Origin: Polyangiales bacterium | Lineage (GTDB): Bacteria; Myxococcota_A; Polyangia; Polyangiales; Ga0077539 | Reading direction: 5' to 3' | DNA: 64,000 bases | NCBI GenBank assembly: GCA_044229975.1 | Contig: JBGARZ010000002.1 | Span: forward strand, 192,001-256,000 | Shown: positions 62,848 to 64,000 of the stretch, piece after piece | Numbering within the stretch: the first letter of the stretch is position 1 | How the letters are laid out: each line of letters begins with the position of its first letter | Made by a program: the position numbers and the translations under genes | The notes under the pieces: generated by a model | Seen by the model: only the letters and a program-made list of their open reading frames with translations | What the model was told of the DNA's origin: nothing | Databases searched by the model: none

Positions 62848-64000
62848 ATGAGCGTTCGAGGGATCGTGATGCGAATGTTCCGCCCGACCGGGGCGGAGCG
62901 GTTGGTGGCCATCTCGGCGGAGTCGGTCGCGGGGTCACCCGGGCGGCTGACGCTGAAGGTTCAGCGGTTCTTCCGGCGGGGGAAGCTCACGGGAACGGAG
63001 GCGTATGGGCCCTTCCCCGAGGCGGAGCTGGAGCAGCGGCTCGCGGACCTCGCCGACGACCTCGCGTCGGAGGGGTACACGCGCGCCGGGGTGCGGGCGA
63101 TGATCGATCGCCTGCAGAGTCCGAGCGCCCGTCGTCGCGCGATGTCGGCCGCGCGGCTCGGGTGGATCGGCGATCGCGCCGCGGTCGATCCGCTGCTTGA
63201 TCGGGCGACGTTGGAGGGCACGGAGCTCACCAGCGTGGTCGAGGCGCTGGGTCGGCTGGGCGACCTGACGGCGGCGCCGCTGGCGCGTGCAGAGGCCGAG
63301 CGGAAGCTGTTGTCGCGGCGTCGGGCGGGCGCCGAGGCGCTGCGCGCGATGGGCGATGCGGTGGGTTTGGCGGAGGTGGTGCAGCGGGCCGTCGATCGGC
63401 TGCCGCAGGCGATGCGCGACGCGTGGAAGGCGACGGACGCGAGCGCCCACGAAGAGGACGCGCTCGTCGACCTGGAGACGGTGTTCGCCCACCTCGACGT
63501 GAAGGAGCAGTTTCTCGCGTTGGACTCGCTGTATGAGGTGGCGACGCCGCTGGCGCTGGCCTTCGTGCGGCGGGTGTTGTCGACGCACGCGGAGGTGCAC
63601 CGGCCGCATCGCTGGCGATACACCAAGAGCATCCTGCGACGCGCGACGATGCGTGACGATGCGGAGACCTTCGGGGTGATCATGCGGCGGGTGGAGCTGC
63701 TGAGTCGCAAGCCGGCGATGACCATGGCGGTGGTGAAGAGCGGGCTCGACGGTCAGAGTCGGCAGACGCGGGTGTTCAGCAAGCAGACCGAGCGGCACGT
63801 TCGCAAGGCGAGCTGGCGCTACCTCGAACGCCTCGGTCGCTATCGCCCCGCCCGCTACACCGAGGTCGCGGCGGGCTTCCTCGCGGCGCTGCGCCCGGAG
63901 GATCGCGAGCTGCCGAAGGGTGACGGCGACGAGTGGTCGCGGGTGTTTCTCTACAACCGCATCCTGCGGCGCTTCGATGCGCGGGTGAGGTTGAATCCGA
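62848..64000 (+). CDS. WGR-like/HEAT-repeat protein, truncated by window end (not in ORF track)
   Basis: GGAG RBS at 62837 and ATG 62848; open to 64000: MSVRGIVMRMFRP...DDLASEGY...AARLGWIGDRAAVDPLL...VEALGRLGD...AEALRAMGD. Confidence 0.8.
   Translation, partial: MSVRGIVMRMFRPTGAERLVAISAESVAGSPGRLTLKVQRFFRRGKLTGTEAYGPFPEAELEQRLADLADDLASEGYTRAGVRAMIDRLQSPSARRRAMSAARLGWIGDRAAVDPLLDRATLEGTELTSVVEALGRLGDLTAAPLARAEAERKLLSRRRAGAEALRAMGDAVGLAEVVQRAVDRLPQAMRDAWKATDASAHEEDALVDLETVFAHLDVKEQFLALDSLYEVATPLALAFVRRVLSTHAEVHRPHRWRYTKSILRRATMRDDAETFGVIMRRVELLSRKPAMTMAVVKSGLDGQSRQTRVFSKQTERHVRKASWRYLERLGRYRPARYTEVAAGFLAALRPEDRELPKGDGDEWSRVFLYNRILRRFDARVRLNP

Overview
High-GC bacterial chromosomal DNA. Gene content points to Myxococcota, probably Polyangia-like (Hanks kinases, PEGA/TPR TonB receptor, Cys-rich lipoproteins); this taxonomic call is an inference. 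The window holds about 55 CDS and two tRNAs (Val-CAC, Glu-TTC). Housekeeping genes include bfd-bfr, sahR-metH, a bifunctional aspartokinase/homoserine dehydrogenase, metB-like, liuB/liuC-like, dsbD, KirBac, an ABC-F ATPase, mazG and larB. No integrase, transposase or CRISPR array was found. The right-hand quarter is the most unusual part. (i) An apparent operon encodes a eukaryote-like PARP (WGR, regulatory and catalytic domains, intact H-Y-E triad), a macrodomain protein, and a WGR-like/HEAT-repeat protein that is absent from the ORF track and runs off the window. (ii) An archaeal-type topoisomerase VI pair (top6B-top6A) has a myxobacterial LexA-like box over its -35 element, and its B subunit has a duplicated H2TH module. 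(iii) A second LexA-like box precedes an unknown Cys/His-motif protein. (iv) A non-coding 21-23 bp tandem repeat lies upstream of a dCTP deaminase that ends in a beta-clamp-like motif. All calls come from motifs read by eye; no database searches were run, and several start codons were re-picked.
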